NCBI GenBank assembly: GCA_951406725.2
Contig: OX597836.1
Coordinates: 19,344,001 to 19,408,000 of the forward strand
Reading direction: 5' to 3'
Source of the DNA: Octopus vulgaris
Taxonomy: Eukaryota
Length of the DNA: 64,000 bases
Made by a program: the position numbers and the translations under genes. Shown here piece after piece: positions 38,311-52,530 of the stretch. Below the pieces are notes generated by a model. That model ran no database searches. It was given only the letters and a program-made list of their open reading frames with translations, and was not told the DNA's origin. Numbering within the stretch: position 1 is the stretch's first letter; the number at the start of each line of letters is the position of its first letter.

Positions 38311-38939
38311 ATCGTGTTCATTGTCTGGAAATTTTTTCATTCTGAGAATGAAATAAGTGGAGCAAGAGCACACAAGGAGACAGAAAGAGTCACTGAAGAG
38401 GTCACAGATGTGTGACAAAAGATTATGCATTTCCTCATACTTATTGAGGTCTTTGATAAAAAATTACTTTCTGCAAAGAAATATTTTTGTTATATTTGCA
38501 TGATATTTCTAATGTGTGTGTGTGTATATGTGTGTGTGTGCTTTTATGGTTTCACATCTGATAAAGTAAAATTCCAATTAAAATGCTGTTACCATAGGAA
38601 AAAAAATATCTGGGGAGCCAATCTGAGAGCCACTGATACATGTTTCCATGTCAACCACATTAATAAACAGGAATTAATAAAAAAAACAAAAAAAAAACAC
38701 ACACAACACAAAAAAAAAAAAAGACACAACTGGTTCCCAGGCCCAACAGTGTGTGGATCTGATCACTTTGAAGGTCAGAAATACTGAGAAATAAGTAATA
38801 AATGAGATATGTTCTGACATAGTAACGAGGTTAGTGAATAGGTCAGATATATATCAATATGCCAACGATAATGTCATTAGTATTACTAACATTAACAAAG
38901 CCACCATTAATGAAGCCATTGAAAGTTTTGGCAGCCATT

Positions 38940-38970
<31 letters not shown>

Positions 38971-39483
38971 AGATAGGTTTGCTAACACAAAGCAAGGCAC
39001 AGTATTGCCTGATAAACCTTAATATAATTGGTAGTATACCATGGTTGTCAAACAAAATACGGCGTCCCTACAAGCAATTTCATGTGTTCGGCTTAAATTT
39101 TCATCAGTTCTGTGGCCAATCAAATATTTACTAGACTAACATGATACATATGTATTAGAGTTGATGAGATCAAATAAACCTTTGCTATGTTCTCTCTTTC
39201 CCTCCAATCGTCTCTTATAAGAGTAAACACTCTGCATGGCTCCTACATCTCTCATACCAAACTTTCTTCTTCTTCTAATCAGTTGAATATCAATCCCTGA
39301 CACATAACAGCACTACGTTCTTTCTGATACCCAAACTATCATGCTTTCTCATACACTCCACCACACAACACCTTTTTCTCTTTCTTTCTAGCCCACCCAC
39401 TCACTAACTCCACTCTCCCTCTCGCTTTCTCTCTCATTCGACCTTCACTCTCCCTCACTCATCCACTCATTCATTCCACCATA

Positions 39484-40768
39484 TCTCATCTCTCAATCTC
39501 AATCATTCCACCCTCATCTCTCAATCTCAATCATTCCACCCCCATCTCTCAATCTCAATCATTCCACCCCCATCTCTCAATCTCAATCATTCCACCCTCA
39601 TCTCTCAATCTCAATCATTCCACCCTCATCTCTCAATCTCAATCATTCCACCCTCATCTCTCAATCTCAATCGTTCCACCCTCATCTCTCAATCTCAATC
39701 GTTCCACCCTCATCTCTCAATCTCAATCGTTCCACCCTCATCTCTCAATCTCAATCGTTCCACCCTCATCTCTCAATCTCAATCATTCCACCCTCATCTC
39801 TCAATCTCAATCATTCCACCCTCATCTCTCAATCTCAATCATTCCACCCTCATCTCTCAATCTCAATCATTCCACCCTCATCTCTCAATCTCAATCATTC
39901 CACCCTCATCTCTCAATCTCAATCATTCCACCCTCATCTCTCAATCTCAATCACTCCACCCTCATCTCTCAATCTCAATCACTCCACCCTCATCTCTCAA
40001 TCTCAATCATTCCACCCTCATCTCTCAATCTCAATCATTCCACCCTCATCTCTCAATCTCAATCACTCCACCCTCATCTCTCAATCTCAATCATTCCACC
40101 CTCATCTCTCAATCTCAATCACTCCACCCTCATCTCTCAATCTCAATCATTCCACCCTCATCTCTCAATCTCAATCACTCCACCCTCATCTCTCAATCTC
40201 AATCACTCCACCCTCATCTCTCAATCTCAATCACTCCACCCTCATCTCTCAATCTCAATCACTCCACCCTCATCTCTCAATCTCAATCATTCCACCCTCA
40301 TCTCTCAATCTCAATCACTCCACCCTCATCTCTCAATCTCAATCACTCCACCCTCATCTCTCAATCTCAATCATTCCACCCTCATCTCTCAATCTCAATC
40401 ATTCCACCCTCATCTCTCAATCTCAATCATTCCACCCTCGTCTCTCAATCTCAATCATTCCACCCTCGTCTCTCAATCTCAATCACTCCACCCTCATCTC
40501 TCAATCTCAATCACTCCACCCTCATCTCTCAATCTCAATCATTCCACCCTCATCTCTCAATCTCAATCATTCCACCCTCATCTCTCAATCTCAATCATTC
40601 CACCCTCATCTCTCAATCTCAATCATTCCACCCTCATCTCTCAATCTCAATCATTCCACCCTCATCTCTCAATCTCAATCATTCCACCCTCATCTCTCAA
40701 TCTCAATCATTCCACCCTCATCTCTCAATCTCAATCATTCCACCCTCATCTCTCAATCTCAATCATTC
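39484..40768. repeat. 28-bp minisatellite, about 46 copies
   Basis: Unit CCCTCATCTCTCAATCTCAATCATTCCA with ATT/ACT/GTT variants. Confidence 0.95.
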
Positions 40769-40836
40769 CCCCATATCTCTCTTGTTCAATCACCTTTTTT
40801 CTCATTCACACATTTACTCAACTCCATCTTTCTCTT

Positions 40837-40872
<36 letters not shown>

Positions 40873-41014
40873 CCCTCCCTCCCTCCCTGAATCACTCTCT
40901 TTCTCTCACTTACCTCAGAGTAAACTTTCACTCTGATTCAAGAGAAACACAAATAAGAATGAAAAGATTAAAACAAAAGGAAAAAAAAAAAACTCAAAAT
41001 AACATGCCACTCAC

Positions 41015-41081
41015 CCCTTGCTCAGCTTCCACAAACATTTGTAAGTCCTCGAGTGACATAAACTCAGAATTTGTTGCATAC
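41015..41081 (-). CDS. PLCL: PLCL exon 6: EF-hand
   Basis: ttcag|...|gtgag; YATNSEFMSLEDLQMFVEAEQG; 67 nt, phase 2-0. Confidence 0.9.
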
Positions 41082-41185
41082 CTGAAGCAATAAGGAAAAG
41101 CAGAGGCCATAAACATGTTATTTTAGTTATGAAAGTAGGAAGGTATCCTTGCTGGTTTTTAACAACGATTAACTTTTTAACTTAA

Positions 41186-41657
41186 CCCTTTTGTTACCGT
41201 ATTTATTTTGAGATGCTCTGTGTTTCTTTATTACTTTAAATAAAACAAAGAATTTAGTAAAATAATAACTTAGTTATCATTAAGCTAGTGTTAGGAACAT
41301 AAATTGTGACTAAGGTTTAGTGGAAGATTTTAATTCAGGACTTTTGAAAACAAGACATTTGTATTCAGAGCCAGACCCGGTTTCAGCTGGGTTGGTATCA
41401 AAAGGGTTAAAAATATCATGATGTCTTTAACCGTTTTGTTACCTTATTTATTTTGAGATGCTCTGTGTTTCTTTCAATTAATTTTAAATATAACAAAGAA
41501 TTTAGTAAAATAACTTAGTTATCTTTCAGCTAGTGTTAGGAACATAAATTGTGACTAAGGTTTAGTGGAAGATTTAGATTTTAATTCAGGACTTTTGAAA
41601 ACAAGACATTTGTATTCAGAGCCAGAGCCGGTTTCAGTCGGGTTGGTAACGAAAGGG
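41186..41657. mobile_element. Two adjacent copies of the piggyBac-like MITE
   Basis: 41186-41406 and 41431-41657, each TTAA-flanked, with CCC/GGG-type ends. Confidence 0.8.
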
Positions 41658-42309
41658 TTAAACTCAAGCCAATCAGACTAAGACTTATAGCTTTGAAAAA
41701 AAAAAAGAATCAAACTAATGTGAAAAAAACATATATAAGAACATACATAAGAAAACAAATAAATATAGGCATGGGTATGGCTGTGTGGTTTAAGGCGTGT
41801 GATTCTCAACCATGTGGTCTTAGGTTCAGTTCCACTATAGGTAAAAGTATTCTAATGTATCCCAATGCAGACAAAATGAGTAATATAAATGTATGGAAAC
41901 TGAATGAAACCTGCTGTATAATGTGTGTGTGTGTGTGCATGCATCTGGGTCAATGTCTACATTATGCCCTTCACATAAGAAATGCACTGAGCATCAGCTT
42001 ATTGACAGAAGAGGTGACAGGGACAGAGAGATAGATAGATGGATGGATGTTTGTGTGTGTATGTGTAAGTGTGTGTATATATATATACAAGGCGGCGTTG
42101 GCAGACTCGTTAGCGCGCCGGGCGAAATGCTTAGCGGTATTTCGTCTGTCGTTACGTTCTGAGTTCAAATTCCGCCGAGGTCGACTTTACCTTTCATCCT
42201 TTCGGGGTCGATAAATAAAGTACCAGTTTCGCACTGGGGTCGACGTAATCGACTTAATCCCTTTGTCTGTCCTTGTTTGTCCCTTCTCTGTTTGTGTGTG
42301 TATGTGTAA

Positions 42310-42353
<44 letters not shown>

Positions 42354-42876
42354 ATGTGTAAGTGTGTGTATGTATATATATATACACAAGGCGGCGTTGG
42401 CAGACTCGTTAGTGCGCCGGGCGAAATGCTTAGCGGTATTTCATCTGTCGTTACGTTCTGAGTTCAAATTCCGCCGAGGTCGACTTTACCTTTCATCCTT
42501 TCGGGGTCGATAAATAAAGTACCAGTTTTGCACTGGGGTCGACGTAATCGACTTAATCCCTTTGTCTGTCCTTGTTTGTCCCCTCTATGTTTAGCCCCTT
42601 GTGGGCAATAAAGAAATATATATATATACGTGCATGTGTGTGTGTGTACCATATAAGTCAGTGTACAGGAGAGAAATTGAACCTTAAGAAAATAGCCCCT
42701 GACCCAGAGGTCATAATAAACATTGAGTAGAAAATTCACACTTTAACAAACTGTAATTTACAGTGTCCCCAACAGTGCTGGAGAACAGCATAAAACACTT
42801 GCACCGCTCATATGGTCCTACAGTTAAATATTTTCCACTGAAACTGAACAGGTGCCTATACACTCTTTATATTGTA

Positions 42877-43277
42877 CTAGCAGTATCGCCCGGCGTTGCT
42901 CGGGTTTGTAAGGGAAATAACTATATAAGCATTTTTAGAGATGTAAAGTATAATAACCATCTCAATATGGTTAACCACAAAGGCGGGGGGGGGGTTACTG
43001 TAGCTTTTTACGTTCTGAGATTTAATAATAAATTTTTAGAGAGTTACTTCCCTTATATATGCCAAAAATGCATTAAAAATGGGAAAAATTAATGGTAAAT
43101 TTTTTTTTTAAATCGTAGACTCATCGTAGACGCGCGCTAATACCCAGAAGGGCTCGATATGAATCACGACTATAAGATACCCGGTTTTGGTTAAACTGCA
43201 CCGCAAAATGTGGGAGTAGTTAGGAATCTAAATCGTAGGAGACAGACAGCACACAACCTCACTTTTATATATAAAGA
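42877..43277 (-). mobile_element. Non-autonomous Helitron (2546-3062 family)
   Basis: Reverse-complement match to both ends of 2546-3062 with a different interior; hairpin plus CTAG. Confidence 0.8.
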
Positions 43278-43582
43278 TTAAGTGTTTTGAGTCATGGTCT
43301 ACTCAACTCCAGATTTATAATATTCATCATAATCATCATTTAATGATCACTGTTCTACGCTTGCATGGGTCAGACAGAGTTTATTGACACAGATTATCTG
43401 TGGCCAGATGCCTTTCCTGTCACTAACCCTTACCTGTTACCAAGCAAGGTAATATTTTCCCTTGGGCAGACAACGTTCTTGCAGAATATTGGAAATGAAT
43501 GAAACTGTTTGTATGACAATAATTATCATTTACAACTATCAAGTGATGTGAAGGAAAGGATACACAAACAAACAAACACACA

Positions 43583-43614
<32 letters not shown>

Positions 43615-43814
43615 TAATATATGCACATGTGCTTTCATTATTCATCTACCAAATCCACACACAAGACTTTGATGAGACAGGAGCTATTTGTAGAAGAAAC
43701 TTGCCCAAGGTATCATGCAGTGGGACTGAACCTGAAACCATGCAATTGGGAAATAAATATCTTTATCACATACATGCGCAAAAGTAAGAGTTCCAAACAG
43801 TTTTTCCAACTCAC

Positions 43815-43927
43815 CTCACAAGAAGGAAGTAAATTTCAGGTCTTGTGGAGATTTCCTTAAATAACATGATGAATTCTTCCCGATTTAAACGTCCTCGCAG
43901 TCGTTCACCACGGTTCATTTGTAATTC
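43815..43927 (-). CDS. PLCL: PLCL exon 5: EF-hand
   Basis: ttcag|...|gtgag; ELQMNRGERLRGRLNREEFIMLFKEISTRPEIYFLLVR; 113 nt, phase 0-2. Confidence 0.92.
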
Positions 43928-45096
43928 CTGAAAAACAGACATATCACCATCATCATCATCATCATCATCATCCCTACCACCACCATCATCATCACCACTG
44001 CCAATACTTTATATCCCCTTATCCATACATCCACCTTTCAACCCTACCCAATCTTAATAAGTTTTTGCCTCCCATCCTACAGACATTCCCTCAGCATTTG
44101 CTTACACAAAACCCACGTACTCTTGCAAACCCCTACCCACCCACACTCCCCATTCCTCTGTCTCCACTCACTTCTATTCACCTCATACTTTTTAGGGGTC
44201 CACATGGACACCTCACTACCAATATTTATCTCTTTGCAGCTCCCACTGATCATTCCCACACCCTTCTAAATGTATGTACCCAATGGCCCAGTGGTTAGGG
44301 CAGCGGACTCGTGGTCATAGGATCGCAGTTTCGATTCCCAGACCGGGCGTTGTGAGTGTTTATTGAGCGAAAACACCTAAAGCTCCACGAGGCTCCGGTG
44401 ATCCCGGCTGTACTCTTTCACCACAACTTTCTCTCACTCTTACTTCCTGTTTCTGTTGTACCTGTATTTCAAAGGGCCGGCCTTGTCACTCTCTGTGTCA
44501 CGCTGAATATCCCCGAGAACTACGTTAAGGGTACACATGTCTGTGGAGTGCTCAGCCACTTACACGTTAATTTCACAAGCAGGCTGTTCCGTTAATTCGG
44601 ATCAACCGGAACCCTCGTCGTCGTAACCGACGGAGTGCTTCCACCACCCATGTAACTCAAGAAGCCACGTAACAACAAGAAGCCGCTGTCTCACTCCACT
44701 TCTCTCATACTATAATCTTTGCCTTCTAGCATAAAGCTGACCACACCTCCCTTCAAATGACCAATCGATAGTCTGTATCCAGTAATCCAGCTTATTGCCA
44801 ATTTGCAAGAGATCTCCTCAATCAGAGTTGACCTGAGCTAAATGATAACAACAAAAAAACTAAACCTGCTACAGATATACACCTACACACACACACACCA
44901 CTCCTGTGTTGTTGATAAACGAACCAGAAAAATAACTGAATAATCAACAATGTTAAATCTATAGGCAGACACCAGCCATTTCCATTTGACCTCAAAGTAG
45001 AGTGTCGCTGCAGGTTATTAAGGAATGTCCCCACTTCACACCTTTACAGGTATAAGAACAAAGAGAGGGAGGGAGGGGAACAGATAGATCGATGGA

Positions 45097-45698
45097 TACA
45101 CACACACACACACACATATATAAATGCAAATACATAGAGATATACACACACATATATAAATGCAAATACATAGAGATATACACACACATATATAAATGCA
45201 AATACATAGAGATATACACACACATATATAAATGCAAATACATAGAGATATACACACACATATATAAATGCATAAATACATACAGAAATATATACACACA
45301 TATATAAATGTAAATACATAGAGAGATATATACATACATATATGCATAAATACAGAAATATATACACACATATATAAATGTAAATACATAGAGAGATATA
45401 TACATACATATATGCATAAATACATAAAGATATATACACACATATATAAATGTAAATACATAGAGAGATATATACATACATATATGCATAAATACATAAA
45501 GATATATACACACATATATAAATGTAAATACATAGAGAGAGATATACATACATATATGCATAAATACATACAGAAATATATACACACATATATGCATAAA
45601 TACATACAGAAATATATACACACATATATAAATGTAAATACAGAGAGAGATATATACATACATATATGCATAAATACATACAGAAATATATATGTATG

Positions 45699-45730
<32 letters not shown>

Positions 45731-45732
45731 TA

Positions 45733-45770
<38 letters not shown>
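45097..45770. repeat. Compound AT-rich minisatellite (about 30-bp units) grading into (TA)n
   Basis: Repeated ATATAAATGCAAATACATAGAGATATACAC variants. Confidence 0.85.
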
Positions 45771-45771
<1 letters not shown>

Positions 45772-46489
45772 CACAGGAAATGCACACATAGCCTAAAACA
45801 CACAACCCCACGCACACACACGTATACATAACTACATGCACATACACACAGGAATGCACATATACTCCACACACACACACACACACCCACGCACACACTA
45901 TACACATACAACATATACATACACACACATACACTACACACGCATACTTCAAACTGCCAGTCAAACACCTTTCTACTGACCATTCCTCTCCGCGCACATG
46001 TGAAGAAGCAAGACACAACCACACAAAAGACCACCACTCCTGTTACCAGGCTGCTGAATTCTTCCTACAACACTAAGAGACACAAAGTTCACTCACACAC
46101 ACACATATATATATACAGCCAAACCTGCACATACACACACACCATACACACATGCACATACACGTGCTATTACACACACACACAGACTTGTGTTCACACA
46201 CATACCCACACGCAACTCCTTCTCTTACACTCGACTGTCTTAGAGCTTTTCCTTCACCCATTCCCAGTCATTTCAAAATATAACTAACTACATGGGAATC
46301 ATTGGTGATTTTCTTCCTCCGTCTTTCTTTCTATTGAACTTTCCTCTGTTTATGAAGCAGAGCATTTGCTCAAAACATTAAACCGTCTTTCTTTCCTTCC
46401 CAGAGCGTCTGGTAATACTTTACATGTACCACGTTCTTGCGTTGTTGTTTTTTTTTGTTTGTTCATATTCTTGTTTTGGGATTTACTAA

Positions 46490-46532
<43 letters not shown>

Positions 46533-46614
46533 TAAATAAATGGAGTTTTACGCAGGTGTAATCAAATATTTTTACTTTCGACACATGTTTCGAAAATTCC
46601 ACTGATACTATTCA

Positions 46615-47300
46615 ATAGTGAATAGCATGGCAGTTCGCACACATGCATCGTAAATTCTCCCTTTCACTCTGAGCGAGAGACCCTTTGTTGCCAGTAGGGG
46701 AAGAAGCTTTCTAAACTTTGCCCAGGCTATTCTTATTCTAGTGGTAAAACTCTCTGAGCATCCACCCCCACTACTAACTTGGTCACCTAGGTAGCAGAAG
46801 CTATCAACTACTTCTAGTTTCTCCCTCTGGAGTGTGATGGAATCTGTTTTCTGAGTATCTGTGGTGTCTATTGCCCCTGTGCATCTGCTGCACACGAAAG
46901 CTATCTTCTTGGTGAATTTTCCTTTTATGGTTGCTGCACCTCTTATGTGTCCATAGCTTACACTGGGTACATCTTATGGAGTTTCTACCTACACCTTTTC
47001 TACTGATCGAGCAGTGATGAGTTCGCCTTCTTACTTACTAGAACTTTGGCTTTTGCTACATTGACTCTAAGGCCTTTTGATTCTAAACCTAGCTTCCACA
47101 CCTGAAATTTCTTTTCTAGTTCCAGTAGTGATTCTGCTATGAGGGCCAGGTCATCAGCATAGAAGACCTCCCAGGGGCAACCCGTCTTGAATTCCTCTGT
47201 TATTACCTGGAGGACTACGATGAATAAAAGGGGACTGAGGGCTGAACCTTGGTGGACTCCTACTTCTACTCAGAATTCTTCACTATACTCATTGCCAATC
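46615..47300 (-). mobile_element. RTE-clade LINE RT fragment (same family)
   Basis: QGSALSPLLFI, YADDLAL, FCYLGD and RIRIAWAKFRKL motifs; frameshifted. Confidence 0.85.
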
Positions 47301-47486
47301 AATACACAAATATATATATGCACACACACATATAAAATCTCTCCGAAACTCTTGACATTTAGATTTGAATTTAATTTTCCTATTCTTGAATTTAATTAAT
47401 TTCCTGACAGAAATTTCATCCCACGAGGTCCAACCTCAATTTCACCCTCTATATTCATCTCTCACTCCTTCTCTTCAAATATATAG

Positions 47487-47544
<58 letters not shown>

Positions 47545-47668
47545 TTGTAACGAATATTTATGGGGTTTGAAAAAAAAAATTAAAAAATGAAGGTAATTAA
47601 AATCACCAAAGAAATTCTGTGCATTTTACAAGAAAATTTATTTGTGCAATTGAGTTGATGACGCTAAA

Positions 47669-47704
<36 letters not shown>

Positions 47705-50137
47705 CTATAAATTTATATAGCAATAAATATATAGCTACAAATAAATGGGGTGTTTATTTCATCCCATGACACCCCAGAGAAATAATCATAAGATCTTAAC
47801 ATTGTAATATGTGAATATATACATATATATATATGTGTGTGTGTGAAATGTCTCCGAAACTCTTTTTCTGTGTTTCAAATTTAGATTTGAATTTAATTAA
47901 TTTCTCGACAGAAACTTTTCCCCATCCTCACATATCCATAGAGGAGACAAAACCCACCCGCCCCCCATCGGTCACCAGCAGCTTCCTCTTGACCAACTAA
48001 ACAGCTATTTGAGAAAGGAACCAAGTAGCCTGAATGGCCATGAGAATAACATTCCAGTGCACATACATGGCTAGACGACAAATCTGAGTGGAGGCACATG
48101 GCATAGTGGTTAGCGCAGCGGACTCGCGGTCGAGGGATCGCGGGTTCGAATCTCAGACTGGACGATGTGTGTGTTTATGAGCGAAAACACCAAAACTCCA
48201 CGCGGCTCCGGCAGAAGGTAATGGCGAAACTTCTGCTGACTCTTTCGCCACAACTTTCTCTCACTCTTTCCTCCTGCATCTTGCAGCTCACCTGCGATGG
48301 GCCGGCATCCCGTCCAGGTGGGGAACCTATACGCCAAGAAACCGGGAAACCGGCCCTTATATGAGCCAGGCATGGCTCAAGAAGGAACGAACAACAAAAA
48401 AACAAAAAGATGACAAATCTAACCCCCTTTGCTTCTAACATAGCAGACCAAACCTGAATCCCATGTAGTAACCCCCCCCCCCCCATCCCCACCACACAGA
48501 ATATCTCCCACAAATAGGTAAGAAGGCCAAAGAAAGCGCTCCAAAATATGACATTGGCTATCTCACCAACACAGTTAACTACAAGAATGAAAACAAACAC
48601 AAAAGTAACGATGACAAGAAAGCTGCCAAAACTTCAGGAAATAGTAAAAAAGCTTATATCAGTACCACCACAAACGGTAGCAATACAAGCAAAGGATAAC
48701 ATTAATAATAACATGCTAATAATAAGGCATGAAACTACATCCGGTTGTGGCGCCATGATGCTGGAAGAACAAGGTTACCCTTAACTACAAGTACCTCCAG
48801 ATCAATGTTGGACAAAGAAGGCGGCGAGCTGGCAGAAATGTTAGCACGCCGGGCGAAATGCGTAGCCGTATTTCGTCTGCCGTTATGTTCTGAGTTCAAA
48901 TTCCGCCGAGGTTGACTTTGCAGCCTGCAAGACCAAGATCCTCTTCGAATGGGGCTACATTAGAGACAGGAATGGCTTTATGCTTTGAAATCGCATAATA
49001 TAAGAGAGGGTGGGAATGACCAAGGTGAAGTTGGGAAGAGAGATAAAAACAATGGTGATAATGTTGGCATTAGGAATGGCATCCAGCAGTAAAAACCATG
49101 CCAAAATAAACAGTGAAACCTAATATAGTCTTCTGGCTTGCCAGCTCTTGTCAAACTGTCCAACTCATGCCAGCATGGAAAAATGGATGTTAAACAGCAA
49201 TGGTGATGATGAGGTGTCAGTGAAGGGAAGTCATCATCATCATCATCGTTTAACGTCCGTTTTCCATGCTAGCACGGGTTGGATGGTTCAACTGGGGTCT
49301 GGAAAGCCAGAAGGCTGCGCCAGGCCCAGTCTGATCTGGCAGTGTTTCTATGGCTGGATGCCCTTACTAACGCCAACCACTCCGTGAGTGTAGTGGGTGC
49401 TTTTTACGTGCCACCTGCACAGGTGCCAGATGAGGCTTGCAAACGGCCACGATCGGATGGTGCTTTTTACGTGCCACCAGCACGAAATATTTAAACCTTT
49501 AACATTTGAACTGGCCATATCCAACCCAAATATCCTACCTGTTCTATGCTCAAATTGGCTAGATCCAGCCTCTCACACCTAACCTACAACATCATTCTAA
49601 AAATAAATAATCACATCACTGAAATCTGAAAGCTATAAGATAATACATAATTAATTCAAAACAATATGAATAAATAAGCATTACATTTGATGAAGTAATT
49701 AATCCGAATGTTGATGCATTAAAACCATCTTTTATCTTGGAAGATGAGATTATCATCATCATCATCATCATCGTTTAACGTCCGTTCTCCATGCTAGCAT
49801 GGGTTGGACGATTCGACCGGGGATCTGGGAAGCCAGAGGGCTGCACCAGGCTCCAGTCTGATCTGGCAGTGTTTCTACAGCTGGATGCCCGTCCTAACGC
49901 CAACCACTCCGTGAGTGTAGTGGGTGCTTTTTACGTGCCACCTGTACAGGTGCCAGGCGAGGCTGGCAAATGGCCACGATCGGATTGGTGCATTTTACGT
50001 GCCACCGGCACGGAAGCCAGTCAAGTTGGCGCTGGCATCGGCCACGATTCGGATGGTGCTTTTTACGTGCCACCGGCACGAGTCAATTAATTAAATTCAC
50101 AGGTTGCCAAAATTTATTTTTTGTGTTTTTTTCTTAC

Positions 50138-50267
50138 CTTGAGCTTTTGTTGAATTTTCTCTGTATGGATGTTGCAGTTTAACTTCTTCATCAGCTGGAT
50201 GACAGCATTTTCCGTGATAACTCCACTTTTGTCCGAATCTGCCGATTCAAACATCTCCTGCAGCCAT
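50138..50267 (-). CDS. PLCL: PLCL exon 4: EF-hand
   Basis: tccttaactgtttgaac|A TGG...AAG|gtaag; WLQEMFESADSDKSGVITENAVIQLMKKLNCNIHTEKIQQKLK; 130 nt, phase 2-0. Confidence 0.9.
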
Positions 50268-50689
50268 GTTCAAACAGTTAAGGAGAAATAAGCACAAAAA
50301 AACTAGAGCGTCACTGAATGTGGCACATCCACTAAACACAAACATTTCCATATATATCAGTATCAGCAGAAATAAGGAATTCCAACACATACAGGGTTAC
50401 CAATATTTTGAAGAAAGGAAGGAAGATTAGGGTAGTGTTGCTTAAATCAACCTAAATTTTTGCAAACAAATACACCAAGAGGGTGGTCTGCAAAACTTAA
50501 ATCTATTGTATTAATAATAGTTTCAAATTTTGGCACAAGGCCAGCAATTTCGGAGGAGAGAGTAAGTTGATTACACCAACCCCAGAGCAGAAGTAATGGG
50601 AGAACATCATAGCCATGTGTTGAGAGGAATTCTTTGGGGTTTAGAAAATTCACCTTTGGAAACATGGGTGTTTTGTTCAACATCCTTAA

Positions 50690-50909
50690 CCCTTTCATTA
50701 CTGTATTTATTTTGAGATGCTCTGTGCTTCTTTCAATTATTTTAAATATAACAAAGAATTTAGTAAAATAACTTAGTTATCATTAAGCTAGTGTTAGGAA
50801 CATAAATTGTGACTAAGGTTTGGTGGAATATTTTAATTCAAAACTTACGAAAACAAGACATTTTGCCACAGAGCTAGAGCCGGTTTTGGCCGGGTTAGTA
50901 ACAAAAGGG
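50690..50909. mobile_element. piggyBac-like MITE nested in another repeat
   Basis: TTAA TSD; the homologous empty site (CATCCTTAAAC...CCTTATTCAGGGACC) is present at about 16165-16200. Confidence 0.82.
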
Positions 50910-52158
50910 TTAAACAACCCTTATTCAGGGACCTTTTGAGCACGATAGGCTACTCGACCTGAAGAAAATTCTAACTGGGCCCCACCTGCAAGGTCATGCA
51001 CTGTTTGTCTTGATATGAGATCACCATCTTGCACACATATAGTTGTGATGCATGTGCCTGGTGTACCCTTATCAGACTGGTAGTCATGATGGGTATATTG
51101 GGCTTCGTATATTTTACCCCAGTGTCACTTTGATGGCATGCATTGCTCTCTCACTCAATAATAATAATAGTTTCTACTGAAAGGCACTACTATAAAACAA
51201 ACACAATTCTTCAACACCACCACCACCTCTTCTACCACTACTACCACTACATCCCTCCCTTCGCCTCTGCCACTTGCCTGTTTTATTCCAGATGATTCAG
51301 TTTCACTGTTATACCTTTTAGTGTCTCAGGTTGTCGAGTGATCAATAACAAAGAATATGAGAACAAAAACGTAGGAGGAAGTAGTTCTTGGTAGCAGCAG
51401 TGAGGCTAGCAGAGAGAAACCAAAATACGGAAGAAAAAAAAATAGAAAAAAAAAAAACAAAAAAAAATAGAAAAAAAAAAATTTAATATCAAATGATATT
51501 ATCAGATAGACAGAAATTCTGTTGCAGGTGGAGAATACAAAAACCACCATCAAAAGTTAGCACTAACATTAAACTTCTTACAGAAACGTTTCTTATCTGT
51601 GAAGCAAGTTACTCGCCCCCCACCACACCCACCACCCCACATGATATTAACATTCTCTTGTTTGAAGGAACTAAAGTACACCAAAACATAGAATACTATG
51701 AGGATTTGGAATTAGTCCAGGATTCCAGCTAAAGATTTTAGATTTGAACTAAAAAATAAATGTGTGACTGCTGAGATTTTATTCTAGACTTGTTTACAGG
51801 TGGTCAGTCGGTCAATCAGTCAGTTGATTGGTCAATTGGCTTGTTGGTTGGTCAGTCAATAGATTGGCTGTTTAATGCAAGTCAGCTCAGGTAAAAAAGC
51901 AAACCAATGATCATAAAACATTCCAGCCACGACCAACCAATCCATTAATTCAGATGTGTGTATGTGTGTGTGTGCATATGTGCATTTGTTTTCTAAAACA
52001 GTAGGAAGAGATTCCAGGGCAGTTTGTCTGCAATTTCTTACAGGTTGTCTGGCTTTACAGACTTCTTTGCTTGTCATGCACACTACTATATTCATAAATT
52101 ACCAAAGCACACCTATAAAATTTTTAAGGAATTTGATCAATTGAAGAAACATTTTTTA

Positions 52159-52530
52159 TCTCTATATATAAACGGCGAAATGTCTGTCTGTGTGTGTGCG
52201 TGTATCCTTTATACAAATCCACAATTTTTCGGTTAGAGGGCTCGCACTTTCTATGGTCATTCAAAACCATCCAAGAGTGGTCGTGCACATCTATACATTT
52301 CCCCAGTCACCCCGCAAAGCCATTAAAAAATCAATAGAAGTGACATTTTTGTGAATTTTCTATCCAAAACACAATCAAAATGCCCGAAACTTGATACGCC
52401 AATTGAATGCCAGCTAGCTGTATGTGATTGGTCGGAGATTTGGACAGTACTCGCGCGTATGTGCGCACGCACACAGCCGTATAAGCATGCACTAGCACTA
52501 TGACCCAGTGTTGCCGGGTCATAATGCTAG
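52159..52530 (+). mobile_element. Non-autonomous Helitron, second family
   Basis: A|TC start, hairpin TATGACCCAG...CCGGGTCATA, CTAG|T end; paralog at 57980-58314. Confidence 0.8.

Noticed and set aside
44992-46037. Longest ORFs in the track (227-333 aa)
   Set aside because: Translations of (TA)/(TG)-rich minisatellite giving YI/CV repeats; the same applies to most short ORFs listed.
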